Positions 29,259 to 43,700 of a DNA stretch of 64,000 nucleotides are shown in pieces. How positions within the stretch are numbered: position 1 is the first letter of the stretch; every line of letters starts with the position of its first letter. The translations under genes and the position numbers were made by a program. Where the stretch lies: the NCBI RefSeq assembly GCF_009914755.1, contig NC_060944.1; one strand, written 5' to 3'. This DNA is from the human T2T-CHM13v2.0 reference genome, Homo sapiens. The notes below the pieces were generated by a model. That model did not search any database and was not told the DNA's origin. It saw only the letters and a list, made by a program, of their open reading frames with translations.

Positions 29259-30607
29259 TAGGCTGCTGTCTCAGTTCATTCCTGCTGCCAGGTTTTATCT
29301 CTGCCTCCTAATTATTCTGTCATTTCAGCCACATCTGGGGTTACTAAGTGTCATTTCTAAATTGTACCTACTGACATTAGCGAATATCTTTTTGCTGGTC
29401 TCCCAAAAGAAAGATCCATCATTTTTCTAACTCCTAATTGAAGAACCTAAGAAAATTGCTGTGTTACAAAGTGTTCCTTTTCATCAACCACAAAACAATC
29501 CTCCAGGACAGAGTTGAGCAAAACCAATTCTGTCCAATCCAGTCTGAGTCTAATGACAGAAACTACTCTGAGTTACCTTATTCCTGATATTCCAGGACTG
29601 ACATCAGGGCCTCTGTCCCAAGAAGTGGAGGAAGGCAGAACTCCCACTAGCCATATCCCAGCCTCCTTAAGATGGGCCTGTGGTCCTGGGAAATCTGCTC
29701 TTCTAACCTTTCCTTTGTCCACAGAAGCCACATCAGTAGAGGGTCAGTTACAGACAAGGGGCACACAGTGAATAAGGAGGCACTCACTTCTTGGATTAAT
29801 TGGCTTAGTGTGAGAAGGCTCACTTTTACATCCTAAGATTGGAAAGTGCCAGAGGCCCCCACAAATCTCCAAAAGCATAGTTTGCTCTCCAATTTTCTCA
29901 ACTCTTTCCCGGTTTGTAATGTTTATTGTTTTCTTATAATATTTACCAACCATCTTACCTCACCAATGCTAGATCCTACAGGTAACAGAAGCACAGTATA
30001 CCAGAATGATCACATCCAATAGCCCCTGGCTGGCTCCAGGTGTCATGAAGTGACCTCTGATTTTGTTACTGCCCCTGAGTGGTGGCCAGAAGTTACATTA
30101 TGTCAGTTTACAGTGTGGCAGCCCCCATATCCATTGGGGACATGAGTGTCAGGCAGGTCAGGTGAGTGTCACCACCTGGAAAGTGGAAGCATCTCTAAAA
30201 ACAACTTCCACAGAATGCATGAATTTACAGATGATATGAAAACATGTGCATATTGAATTTTCTGAAAAATGGCTTATCACAAAATTTAAAAAAAGTATTT
30301 ATCAAAGGAACTTTGGGCACATAAGGAAATAAATCCAATAGTATGCTCATGACAATTAGTTATATAAATAAAATAAAGTAGGTTATTAGTCCATATAAGA
30401 TAGCCTCAGGAAAAAATTAAATGCCCAGATAAAAAGTATGCAGCTTGACAAATTTTTACAGAATTTATGAAATTACCACTTGTGTCAAGATACAGAACAT
30501 TATCAACACCCCAGAAACTTCCCTCGTGCTCCAACCCAGTCAGTACTACCTCCATCCGGAAGTAACAGCTATTCTGATGTCAGTCAACACAGAGATTAGT
30601 TTTTCTG

Positions 30608-30956
30608 TTTTGCAACTTTATATAAACAGTCATACAGTCTATAGTTCTTTGCATCTGGCTTCTTTTTTTGTTGTTGTAGATAGCTGTAGTCGGGTTTTTA
30701 AAAATTGCTATAAAGTATGTGAATACACCACACTTCATTTACCCATGCCACTGTTGATGGACATTTAGGTTGTTTCCAGCTTTTGCCTATTACATGTGGT
30801 GCTTCTATGAACACTTGTACTGGGGGAAAAAAAATGCCAGGGTTAAGGGTAACTGCCTCTAAATTGCAACTTCAGTTCAAGCAAAGAAAAGAGAACATTT
30901 CCCTAGAAAGATTCTCTTACTTTTGTGTGAGTCTCCTAAATGATGACACTCAGAAT
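30608..30956 (+). repeat. Right (source) arm of the inverted duplication; partly old antisense L1M
   Basis: The L1M-like sequence runs continuously from ~30440 into this arm. Confidence 0.95.
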
Positions 30957-31120
30957 AAGACGCTTTCTTCTCCTTCCACAGTCCCCTGTGCTGAGGCATT
31001 TTATGTGATTGTGTGTGTAAGCTTCAAAGCGTTATTCAACAAAGAAGCGCTGTTCTCCCAAGCTCTAACCATTTACTCGTAATGGGCATATGGTATTTCG
31101 AGTGCTGTACTTTACTATTT

Positions 31121-31137
31121 CACCACTAGAGGGCAAG
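31121..31137 (+). promoter_or_regulatory. CTCF core motif
   Basis: CCACTAGAGGGC at 31123-31134 matches CCASYAGRKGGC, in unique sequence. Confidence 0.6.
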
Positions 31138-33534
31138 AGGAGCCCCACAATGCTTGACATTGCCAGATCTGCAGTCAAAATGATTAATCATGAGGCAAAA
31201 ACAAGAAGCCAGAGGGAAAAAAGGAAGAGCTCACAAAGGCAAAATAAACATCCATAAACTTAAACTTCCCTGGGTAGGGAAGATCTGAAAAATGTCACCC
31301 ATGAGCCACTTTCTAACACTCGTTCCATCTTTCTTTTTCCAGTGTGCAAAACTCAATTGCACAGTCCTCAGTTGCTGAAACTACCACCCAACAGGGTGGG
31401 ACTAGATCAGGCAGACAGATCTCAGAGGGCATTTTTTTTTAGCACTGCCTAGAGCCTTGGTTATTAGGAAGCCGAGAATCTTGCAGAGCTCCCAGGCCTC
31501 AGGGGCTCTGAACAAGCAACAGAGAGTTCTGTGATTTCTTCTTCATTCTAAGTAATATTTCTTCCAATAACACCATGGTGTTTACTAAAATCAAGGCACT
31601 AATGAGTAAGGCTACCAGCCCCAACACCTCTCCTTTTTCTCCTCTTCTCCCGGGTCCAGGCCCTTCTACCTGCCACAAACTTAATCAAGATTACAGAATG
31701 GAGATGTGTTGTTTTTTGCAAGGGGAGGGGAGTAGGGAAATTAATTACGAAGCCAAGTTGCTGTTAAACTATTTATAATAAATTTCTACTGGAAAAGGAC
31801 CTTTGGCTGACAATCGTTTTCTTCTGCCTCGGCATGACCAAATACAGTAAGAATTCAAAAGGAAAACTGAAAAGCGAGGAAGAGCCCACAGCTGGAGCAG
31901 TCTGTTTTCACGTCTCCACGCTGGCGAACGACAAACTCGGCAAGGAGCCTCCTGTGTATTTCCTGTCCTCGTTATCTCAGTTCTTGCTCTGAAGGGCTAA
32001 GAAGCCTTCACCGTTAGCCAAGACTCCTTCGTGCTTCAGCTTAATTTTCCTTGCATAATTTTAAATACAGATCATGTCTACAGTACAGCAATTAATGGAT
32101 AGCCTAAAGACTTATTATTTCAAACTAATTGATATGTAGGAAAAGTTTAAATAACATAACGGAGAGGGGAAATTTTAAACGATGTATGCACAATGAATTT
32201 AAAATTTCTCTCTGTTGCAGATGGTAGCAAAAACATATGATTAATAGGGGGATGTGATCAAAATGTAGAACTGACTTGGAAATCTTTCTCTTTTTGATAT
32301 TCTTGAGCATATGATTGGAAGGAAGAAAGATTCAGACATTTCAGAAATGGGGTAAGGGGTGCAGGGGAGAGCAGATTCTTCCCCCCCACTCACTCCCACC
32401 AATTCTAGGGAGTTATCTCACAAGATAAAAGAACACCTGAGTATATTTTGAGTTGTGCTGTTAGGTCAGAAATAAGAAATGGGAGAAGAATGCCATTATT
32501 TCCATTCTAACTCTTTGGTCAAATCCCCCTCTTGAGATAAACTTGAGAGAGAAGTCTACAAAGACCAAGTTCACCCAGCTGCAGCAGAACCTGTTCCAAG
32601 TCACCAGCACTCCCAGACCCAGGATTCCCTCCAAATTCTAAGAAATGTGCTGTGATGAATCACCTCACTGACACACAAAAAAACAAAAATCTTTCTAATT
32701 TCCCCATTCACATTCCAGCAAGTTTAATAGGAAAGTTTAGAAAACTCATCTGAAGAAAGAATACTCTTCAAATGGGAGAGAGCAGGAACATTTTGTTCTA
32801 AGAAGGGATTGAGACCTAATGATGCCAGACAACATTTTAAATATCAGAACACAGCATTTGTAAGAAAATAGAATCTGCTTCAACCATAAACCATAAGGGG
32901 GGAAAACTACCTTTAAAATGTATTTTCTTCATATCAAATTCATGTCATAAGAATATCTGAATGACTTCTGGCCAAGTCACTTAAATTTTGTGGTCTTCAG
33001 TCTTTTTGGTCTTCTCAGATGTAAAATTTGCCACAGACTGGTTATTTTTTAGAACCCTTTCTTCCCTTCTGTTCTCCTACTTTATTTAGGTAGCTCTACA
33101 CACACATTTTGAAAATTGGATGAACAACCTCCTTCTCATTGGTCCATGCAAGACCATATTACTGTATTTATAATATAATACACACCCATATACACCACAA
33201 AAACTACAATACTGGTTTCTCCCCCTCTGGTACCCTGGCCTTTCATTCTCCACCCTCTGCCCTTCAAGGTAACAATGAATCTGAAACATGTGCATGTATA
33301 TATTCCTGTTCTTTTATATTTACATGGTTATAGATATACATGTGCATATATATCATGCATATGTATTCCTATAACACTTTATTTTTTTATCTTAGTTGTT
33401 TTAACTTCATAAAAATGGTATCATATGGAGTATCATATTGAAATATGATAATGTAAGTTAAAGGACCATACTGAACCTATACTGTATAAAATTTGGGGGA
33501 GCCTACAATTTTTCACTTAAAAATATGTTGCTTA

Positions 33535-33802
33535 CTTTGGGAGGCTGAGGCTGGTGAATCACTTGAGGCCAGGAGTTCGAGACCAGCCTGGCCAACATGA
33601 TAAAACCCTGTCTATACTAAAAATACAAAAATTAGCTGGGCGTGGGGGCACACGCCTGTAGTTCCCAGCTACTGGGGAGGCTGAGGCATGAGAATTGCTT
33701 CAGCCAGGGAGGTGGAGTTTACAGTGAGCCGAGATCACACCACTGCACTCCAGCCTGGGCAACAGAGCAAGACTGTGTCTCAAAAAAATAAATAAATAAA
33801 AA
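33535..33802 (+). mobile_element. 5'-truncated Alu within L1ME fragments
   Basis: Starts ctttgggaggctgagg; (TAAA)n tail. Confidence 0.9.
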
Positions 33803-34004
33803 GAGCCAGACACAAAAAAGTATATACATTATTATTCAGTGTATATGAAGAGTTAGAAAATATGCTATCTTGGGTAGGGGACAGGATGGCTAGTGATTGG
33901 AAGGTGGCAGGTAGAGGTCTTATGGAGTGCTGGTATTGATCTGAGTGCTGGTTAAATGGGTGTGTTCACTTTGTGGAAGAAAATCCTAAGTCCATGAATT
34001 TGTT

Positions 34005-34470
34005 GTATCAGTTAGCTATTGCTGTATAACAAATTCCACCACAAAACTCAGGGGCCTAAAACAATAAGCATTTATTATTATCCACAAGCTGGTGAGCTGG
34101 GAAGTTCTCCTGGTCTTAGTTGTTCTCACTTATGTGTCTGGAGTCAACTGAGCATGAGGTGGACAGCTCTGCTGGTGATACTGGTTGGACCCGCTTTCAT
34201 GTTTGAGGGTCACTTGGATGTAGGTTGGTCTAATATGGCCTCTGCTAGAACGACCGGATCTCTCCACTTAGTCTCTAATCTGTGAACAGACACGCCCAGG
34301 CTTGTTCACTTGCTGGTGGCAGGGTTTCAATAGCAAGAGTAGAGGCACATGTGGCCCTTTGAGAACAACTCAGCACTGCAACAGTATCACTTTTGTCATA
34401 TCCTATTGACAAAACAAGTCACAAAAGAGGAGTGAAGAATGGTGGGTTTTTGAAAACTCAATCTACCACA
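34005..34470 (-). mobile_element. Old MLT1 LTR
   Basis: tgtatcagttagctattgctgtataacaaa...caatctaccaca. Confidence 0.7.
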
Positions 34471-34529
34471 CTTCTCTTATGTGAACTTCTCTCTGTGTAC
34501 TAATGAAAAAAATTTAAATAAAGTATATC

Positions 34530-35330
34530 TAAGTATAAGGTATCTATATTGTTAAATGTTGCTATAGTTTATTTTGACTTATTCTATTCCATGAATGTAT
34601 CGCACTTATCCATTCTACTGTCAGTTTGCATTTAGTGATGTCCAGTTGATTGCTGTTTTAAGCAGATCTGCTGTGAACATGCCATCTCATATCTCCTAGT
34701 ATGCAAACTCTGTACCAGAAGTTTTCTTGGTTGTATACCAAACTGTGGAATTACTGGGCCATAGGGAATATGAATCTTCCATTTTACATGATGATGCTAA
34801 ATTGTCTTCTGAAGTAACTATACCACTTTACACTTTCTTCAGCAATATATGAAAGACTGTATTACCCTGACACTTGCCAATAGTTGATATTAACGTCAGA
34901 CTTCCTAATATTTCCTACTAAGATGAGTATGAAATGATATCTCAATGTGGTCTAGATCTGCCTTTTTCTGATCAGTGAAGAAACTGACCATCCCTTCTAT
35001 TTAGTTTGTTTTTGTTTTGCCTTTAGCCACATGTTCCTTCTTAAGCAAAATGCCTCTTTGTATCTTTTGGTAATTTTTTTCAATTGAGTGATTGGTCTTC
35101 TCATTACTTCATAACAATTCTTTATATATTCTCAATACTATTCTTTTGTCAGATGTGTTTGTTGTGAAAATATTTGCCCAGTTTATCACTTGCTTCTCAC
35201 CTTATTGAGGGTGTCATTTGAATAAGTTTCATAATTTTAAGTATTTGAATTAAATTTTTATTTAATTTTTATTGTTAGCTTTACCTGAGGCCTATTTAGC
35301 CAATCCTTAACTACCCCAGGATCTGAAATA
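34530..35330 (-). mobile_element. Old L1ME fragment
   Basis: gctgtgaacat...ggaattactgggccatagg...tgatatctcaatgtgg antisense L1 ORF2/3' signature. Confidence 0.65.
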
Positions 35331-37184
35331 GATTAAAGGTTTAGCAGTCAAAACATAAACTAAATACTGTTTCATTTGCACTCACACACACACACCACGG
35401 CCTGCTCTTGTTACAAGCAGTTTTGGTAATGCGGCTCCTGTGTTCATTATGAAATATTTAGGTATGGACTTGTCCTCAGTAATAGCATCTAAATATCACA
35501 AACTCAGGAAATCTAAATTGTTCTGACAAGTTACAAGAATAATTTCAAAGAACATTTTCTTTTGGCAGTAGACCCTGATGTTGTGTAGTAATGGAAATGT
35601 TTAAATTCCAATGATAGGACAGGGATGGCCCTGGCTAGAATAACACAAAAATCATTCAAATCTAAATGGCATAAGGCTGCAGCAGTCCAAGTGAGATCCC
35701 TCGGGGAGTCTTGGACCTTTTCCAAGATGTAGGCTCTCTACAGTGTGAGTGTGCAGAGATTGTATGATTCCACTGGGGTCACTTCCACTGATGGGTTCAA
35801 TGGACTACAGCACTGACCTTCACATGGCTTGTTTTCATAGCTTCGAGTCCTAAAGGGAGATAGGGTCATAGGAATATTTCAACAGTGTAAACAGCTCACA
35901 AGTCTTCCTTGCTCACTTACTTAGAGGTGACCAGATGAACTGAACATACCCTAATGCTAGGCTCTTAAAATAGGATCTTGTTTTAAAAAGGGGTTCAGTA
36001 GACAAAGAAGGCCATTCCCTTTTTCCCAACTCTTGTTCTTAGGGTAGTGTTCTCAAACTCTGGCAATTTGAGTGTGCAAAAAAAAAAAAAAAAAAAAATT
36101 AGAGTAGTGGAAGTGGGACAGATAGTTCCTCTTTAGCCTCCTGACATACCTCTTGTTTGGAGGGATAAGATAATCTCTCAGATTGCCACCTGGGCAAGGA
36201 AACTGGGCAACACACTTCCAACTCAGAAGCCCTGAGGTTGGTGGCCTGCTACCTCTTTGCTGGTCCCTCTTCCTCGAGGTTTCCGCTTTGGAAGTAGGGA
36301 CTGATTCTTAATTGGTTCATCTACTTCTAAGGCCAGCACTTAGGAAGAGTTAGCTTGTTCTTGATTGGCTCAAGAACTTTAATTAATAAAGAAGCACCGA
36401 ATCCAGAATATTTATAAATAACATCTGCTCACAAATAGAACATTGTTCCAAATAGTTCAGTCTAAACACTTTCAGCTTCAAATCCACATTAAGAAAATCA
36501 TAACAATTACCTTTAAACTCATGTTTCCAAAAATGTGATGTGTATGTGGATTACCTGTGGATCTTGTTAATATGCAAATTCTCATTCAGTAGATCTGGAG
36601 TGGGCCTGAAGTGATACTACTGGTCCTAGGACCACACTTTGAGTAGCAAGGCTTTCTAAAGTTCTGCTCTCCCGCACAGCTGAATTGAATAACTTTTCCT
36701 TCTAGAGATGGCATCATGGTTAGCTTTTGAAAACCTTTTGGTTTTTTTTTTAACTTCAGTCTTCTAGTAATTCAAGAAAGCTGGCTATTTTTTCAATCTT
36801 TCTGGATGTTTTAAGGATCTCCTTCTAATTCTGAAATGTTGCTCAGGTATTTCTTGTTGAAGTCTTTTCCACAGGGTAGACTCTAGCTTGGGGTCTATTG
36901 GAGCAAGTTAAATGTCTTCAAAGGTGATGGGTTATTCAACTGAATAAATGTTTTCTAGAATGTGGTGAAACCTGGAAAATACAGTGGGAGTAGGAGAGGG
37001 AAGAAAAAAAAAAGACATAATATACTTTTCTCCACTCTACCTACCATGATAATACATATTAATCTTGCCTTTATTCTTTCTTTATTGTATATAAAAGCTT
37101 CCACTAACTTTCCATTCTAGGGAGTCATTGAGAGAATATAAATATGTGGGCTTTTTGTTAAAGCCTGATAGGAGAAGAGATTAT

Positions 37185-37400
37185 TATAAGTAATTGGAGA
37201 CTGTGGAGTCAGAATAACTGAGTTTGCATTCTGACTTCATCATTTACCAGCTGTGTTGCTTAACCATAAAATGCTCATAATATTTACTCCAGCGAATAAT
37301 GGGAGAATTCACAGAGGTAATCCTTGCAGATAATCCCTGCTAATCATTTAACCTAGTGCCAGGATATAGTAAATGCTCAATAAATATTTATAGTAGTAGT
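37185..37400 (+). mobile_element. MIR
   Basis: ggagtcagaataactgagtttgcattctgacttcatcatttaccagctgtg...gctcaataaata. Confidence 0.6.
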
Positions 37401-38583
37401 CATTGTTATTTGATAACTATTACAGAATAGCTCCCAAGGGCCTACTGAAGAAAAGCTTTGTGCTTAAGACACTGGCAATAAGTTCATTTCCATATGGTGT
37501 AACTTGAAGCTTTGGTTTTATAGATTAACTCAGAGACAAGTCCTACCACAGTGATTCACAGTTCCTGAATTCAAAACACTGTGCATATCACTGATTTGGC
37601 ATTTCACCTTATATGACTAGCTCGTGTTATTATTTAACTTTGCCTTGGCTCACTAATTTTATTTTCAGTTTCTAACCTTTAAGAGGTAACAGTTTTATAC
37701 TGTTCAAGACTCCCCAAACCAAATACCACAGAGCCATTTGTTTACATTAGTAGGTCCCCAATAAATATTCATTAGTTATTTCACTGATTAATTAAAGTAA
37801 TCCATTCATCTCCACAGGGACTCAGGCTGGCTGAATCAGGAGAGACATCTTCAGATCTATTCCTCTTTGAGAAATTAGTATAATGTCAGTGCATTCTCAT
37901 GTGTTTCTTGAATTATGAGCTCCCTGATGTCTAAAGAAGACTCACAGGGAAGAGTTCATATACTGACAGAACAATCATTAATTAGTTTTCAAACTAGTTT
38001 TGATTTGAAACTAAGTAATTTCAATCAGTTTTTTGACTTTCAACTCAGTGTTGTGACATCATGGTGGACACAACTTTCTTAGAGGTATCAATACCATCAT
38101 CATGTCCATGTTTGATTTGACAGACAAATATTGCAATTTTATTCTGTTGGACATTTTCCAAAGAAGTTGGTTACTGATTTATTAAATAAATATACATATT
38201 TTAGGGTAGTGGAAGAAGAAGGTGAATAGAAATTAATGGGTGAGCAAAGGTGAGGGAAAACCAAATCACCAGTTTTCTTTCTGATTATATTTTAATCTAA
38301 AAGGCTATGTTTTTAATCAGGTTATATGTCTTGATAAGTGGCGTTTCTACTTAAAAAATGTTGGTTGTATTTGTATCCCAAGTAGGAAATGCAAACATAC
38401 TTGTATAAAGCAAACAAGTTTAACTTGTGTGTTTGTATTAATGATATGTGATCAAGGCACAGGAAATGTTAGTAAAGAATCATACACTTATTATGTTTGT
38501 TTGGGACAGAACAAAGGATAAGTCATTAGTTGGTGAGTTCAGTCATTTTCTTTGAGATAAAACATTTGGTTAAAAGGCAGGCT

Positions 38584-38980
<397 letters not shown>

Positions 38981-39969
38981 AAAAGGCAGGCTGATGGAAA
39001 CAATTTAATTAACTTGATTTACTGGGAAACATTGATTTATTGGAAAAACAATGAAAATGTACATTGATTTATTGGAACTTGATTAACTTGACTTATTGGA
39101 AAACATTGAAAACATACATTGGGACAACTGGATATTAGATATTTATTTTAATGCAGAAGACTTTTCTTTAAAATTGTATTTCCTTTAAAAATAGACTGGC
39201 ATTATGTTATTATTTAATTATTATTTTAATGCAAAAGCTATTTTCTTAAGGATACTATTTATATTTCTGCTACTGAATACAGCACAGTAATATATTTCCT
39301 CTTGTAGAATACATTTAGTCTTGTTTTGATGGGATAAACTGCTTTTGAATATACTCACTATGTCATGCATGATTTATTTATTTAAATTTCAGCATAATTT
39401 TTCTTGACAACCTGTTCTTTCACTTGAAATGTTATGTAACAAAAACACCAGGACCAACTGGCATTTTAGTTTATCCGTCTATTCCATATGCTGCTGGATG
39501 AAGCGGAAAATGAATGTGTATCATCACTATGCTGGGCACATTTTATTCGCAGCCTGTCTTTTCTCCTGTACATCAATTTCTCTTCTCCGTTTGGAAATAG
39601 CTTCATAGCAGGTTAGGTCTATAGACCTTAACCTGAGTGATCACATATAATGTAACAGGAATCTAATTGGCTATGGTTAGAGTCAGGGACCAAAATATAT
39701 TCAAACTTACTTGGATTGCTGCTTGAATATAATCACTTCAAGTCCAGGTAGAACTATTTAGACTCAGAAAGAAATTGATTTTTTTAAATCTAAACATAGT
39801 TACTGGGTAATTTATGATAGATCTCCAGCCCAAACATTTCATAAACAAGTCAAATAAGGTCAGCATGCATCAAGGACTAGGGCACATTAATCCAAAACTA
39901 CAAGAAAACCCTGCAATGTGTCCACTCAATATATGCCAGCCAATAAATTCAAACTAAGGACTAAGCTAA

Positions 39970-40358
39970 GGTCTTCATTTGGGTTCCCCCAGAAACAAAT
40001 CCTGAGATGAGGATTTGAGTATAATAGTGTTTCTGAGCAGTGGTCCCAGGAAACCAGCAGGGAAGTAGAGAAGTGAAGCAGGAAAGGGAGGGTAGCAATT
40101 AAAAGTGTGGCTTTTCTCAGACAAGTTACAAATGTGGGCAACTGGTGATCAAGCCCAGCATGGAATTCTGGGAAACCATGTAGACTATGCACCTTAGAGT
40201 TATTTCTTGCAAAGGGTGAGGGAGCTGGAGTCTATATACACCAACTGAGCAGGCAGTTTCAGCCGTTTTTGCACCCTGCAAGAGAAAGCAAGCTGTTGGA
40301 ATTAGGACAGTCTGCATGACAATGGTTAGGCCAAAGAGCTATAAACTGGGCACTAACA
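39970..40358. mobile_element. LTR16-like ERVL LTR
   Basis: gggttcccccagaaacaaatcctgagatgaggatttgag pattern. Confidence 0.55.
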
Positions 40359-40599
40359 ATCATTAGCTTCAAATTGGATGAGAAGTTCGCCAAGATTATA
40401 ATGCTAGAGTCTCCATAATTCAAATTTCAGTGGCATTAAACCCACACCTGCATCTGACAATAATCAAGTATGTTTGGGTTTAGAAAATATTTTCCAAACT
40501 GACACTACTTTTTTGGCAAGACTTAGCCATTAAATACATGAATGATCCTCAACAATTCATGTAAATGAGAATCACCTGCAAGCCTTCTTCAAGCTCTAA

Positions 40600-40790
40600 A
40601 TCAATAGTTCTCACACTTTGGGATTCATCAGAATCAGGTAGGAGACAATAAAACACAGATGACTGGGCTCCCACCCCCAAAGCTTCCGACTTAGTAAGTT
40701 TAGGGTGAGCCTGAGAACATGTGTTTCTAACAAGATCCCAGATGAAGCTGATGCTGCTGTTCGGGAGACCTCAATTTGGGAGCTTCTGCT
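40600..40790. mobile_element. MER5A
   Basis: gttctcacactttg...tttctaacaagatcccagatgaagctgatgctgctg. Confidence 0.7.
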
Positions 40791-43700
40791 CTGTATAACC
40801 TCACACACCGTACTTGCTCCTGCCCTAATCAGTTTTGTATTTTACCATTATAACCAAAAGAAGTACATTATATTCTTCAGATAAAGAAAATGTTAAGAGG
40901 CCTTGATTTTCAATCTACTTCTAACTGGAAGAGTTAAGCAAAGGAAGTTTTTTCTACCTCTGAAGAAGGCAAACCACACAAAGTTGGAATCTTCTATCCA
41001 GAGTTGAAAACCCTATTATACTTATAATCATTTTTTTATTAACATATACTGAAAGATGGTCATTCATAGCAAGAACTCATAGGTAAAGATTAAGTTGGTA
41101 GGGTTTCTGAGTGGCATTTTACATAGCACTATGAAAAATTATGCACATGATTATCTTTTCTTATTCATCACTGATGTATCAAGAGATATCTTCAATTTTC
41201 AGAATGTTTTATTTTTCTTGGCATACAATTAGACAAAATATTTCAGTTTTCAAAAAACAATTCAGAGTTCTTATTATTTTTCCTCTTTTAGTTATTTTAA
41301 AATTTGATTTGAAGTGCTGCAAAGAGAAAGGGGGAAATGATGTGGTAGGCCTTTGATGAAGTTAAGTGGCAGTCGCCTGGACAAATGTGCAAAAAGACTG
41401 GCATTCAGTAATATCCAGCTCTTCTGGTCTTAGATGATTTCTATTCTGTGATGCCAAGGAGAGGTAGTCACTCCCTCCTTTGTGTTACATTTGTATGTTG
41501 CATATAATTTTCCCATGTATATTGCAGTATACCATGTATGTTGCATATAATTTTACATATCTCAGCATAACACCTTATTATTTTATGTTTCACATTCTCC
41601 TACTAGTCTTGGGACTTCCTGAAGCCAGGGCTGTGTCTCACTCATGTCTCTGCCTAGCACCTGTCACAGTGCTAGGTTTGCAGAAGTACACTTGATAAAT
41701 TTTTGGACACATGAATGAAAAAATCAATGAATGTGTGAGGGAGAGGAGGCCACAAAAAGCGAGTAGATGTAAATAGAGAATGAGCCATGAATCAGTGGTA
41801 TTGGCCATTCAATTCAGTATTCCAAGTATTGCAGTATGTTCCCATGATTTGGAATTAGGATGGCTCTCTGGCTGACATGTCAACCAAGAACTAGAACAGG
41901 CTTGTTAGAACTAGAACCTAGAAGATTTTTCCTGTCACTGGTAAGATTAGCTGTAGTTTTCTCTAAAGCCATTTACCCTTGTGTAAGTAAGGATGCCTAT
42001 GATGCATCAGAATGGCTTTTAATCTCCTAGGTTGAGTGTTCTGAAGAAACCCCCAAGTTTTGGGAAGCAGCGCCAGAATTATATATGTCAGGATATGGTT
42101 ATCTGATGGGAAGATGGAAGGAGAAAGTAAGATTTAGCAGACCAGCTCTGCCTTGTGAATCTAAGCAGAAGAAAAACGAATAGTGTTTTAAAACTAATTT
42201 GCAATTGTACTGAATTGAAGTCACCGGTTCCTGTCCTTATAAGAGTAACTTCACTGCGGCCATAGATTCTGTATATACCTTAATCCAGTGATAACAATGG
42301 AAGAAAAGGGAGTTTTTTTTCATCCTTGCACTTTCCTTGTAGAGGAGAAAGAGATAAACATTGATGGAAAGTAAAAGTTCCCCTGGGCTTTATAACACTA
42401 GCTCTTTCTTTCTCATAGTTATAAGGTAGTTATAAAGTACTCAAGATTTATAGTTAGGATTATTCTCTAATTCTACTTTAACTTCAGAATAACCAAAAAG
42501 GCCCCCAGAAATTTAAGAGGCCATCCTTATGGCATAAACATTGGCTAATAAAGATTAATCATAAATAAGAGAAACACTCATATCTGCATGTATATTCATC
42601 ATTCCCCTGACCTCAAAATAAATCATGCAACACAAAATATGTATGTGAGAATGTATTGGTTAGCATAATACTGGCTGCTGTGACAAACAGTACCAAAATA
42701 TCAATGGCTTCATACAATAGAATTTTATTTCTTTTTTGTACAATAGTCCAACATAAGAGTTTCCAGTTGATGAACAGTTTATCTCATCATGGCAATTCAG
42801 AGAACCAGGTTCCTTTCATAATGTGGCTCCATCATCCCCTAGGATCTTGCTGGAAAGGGGAAAGAAATAGTAGAGATTCCCCATATGTCCCCAAAAAGCC
42901 CTGCCCTAACTTTTCATTGGCAAGAATTTTTCAAATGGCTATGCCTGGATTAAAAAGTGGTAGGGAGGACTTGTAAACATTGTCCTTGGATTTGGCAGCT
43001 GCACCCAGGCACAGCAGACACCGTGGACAGGTGCCTGCAAATTTTGAGGATACCGACTTATTTTCTGCAATGTAGACCAAAATACTGGAATCCAAACCTG
43101 CTAAATGTAGAATTATTCTAAATTGACTGCTACTCACAAAGACCCTAAAGATAAAATCAGTAAAGTGACGACTTTGTATTCCAAGTCATCTCTGTAGACC
43201 TCTTCGAGAAATGGATCTATTAACAAAAGGATCTGGGCTAGAAGACTTACAAAAGAGGATTTCTATAAAAACAACTTGCTATTCAATTTATCTGACTTTT
43301 CATTCCAAACCCGATGTGTTTAGCACAGTTACATCACCACACTTACGTGACGAAGAAGGAAATGGGAAAAGAGGGAGATGTCCAATATTCTCTAGCAGAT
43401 GCCTTTTATTCAAGAATAGGATCAAAAATTTACCTGGGGGTAAGGAAAGTGTCTTCCTCTTCCCAGTGATAGTTGCCTTGTTAAAGACTTTAGACACCAG
43501 CGCAATGTGGTTAAGTCTCCACTAGTGCAACAAAGAAAAGGATAGAGGCCAGTCCCTGAATAGGGAGGCCCCAGCAGACTTTCAGATGGTTAACTATCAA
43601 GTCCAAAGACAGACAGATGGAATACATTACCCAAATACTCCGGAAGTTGCAAATCGACCTGCATGGTGTTTTGTAAATTTCTAATTTAAGGCAACACTGA

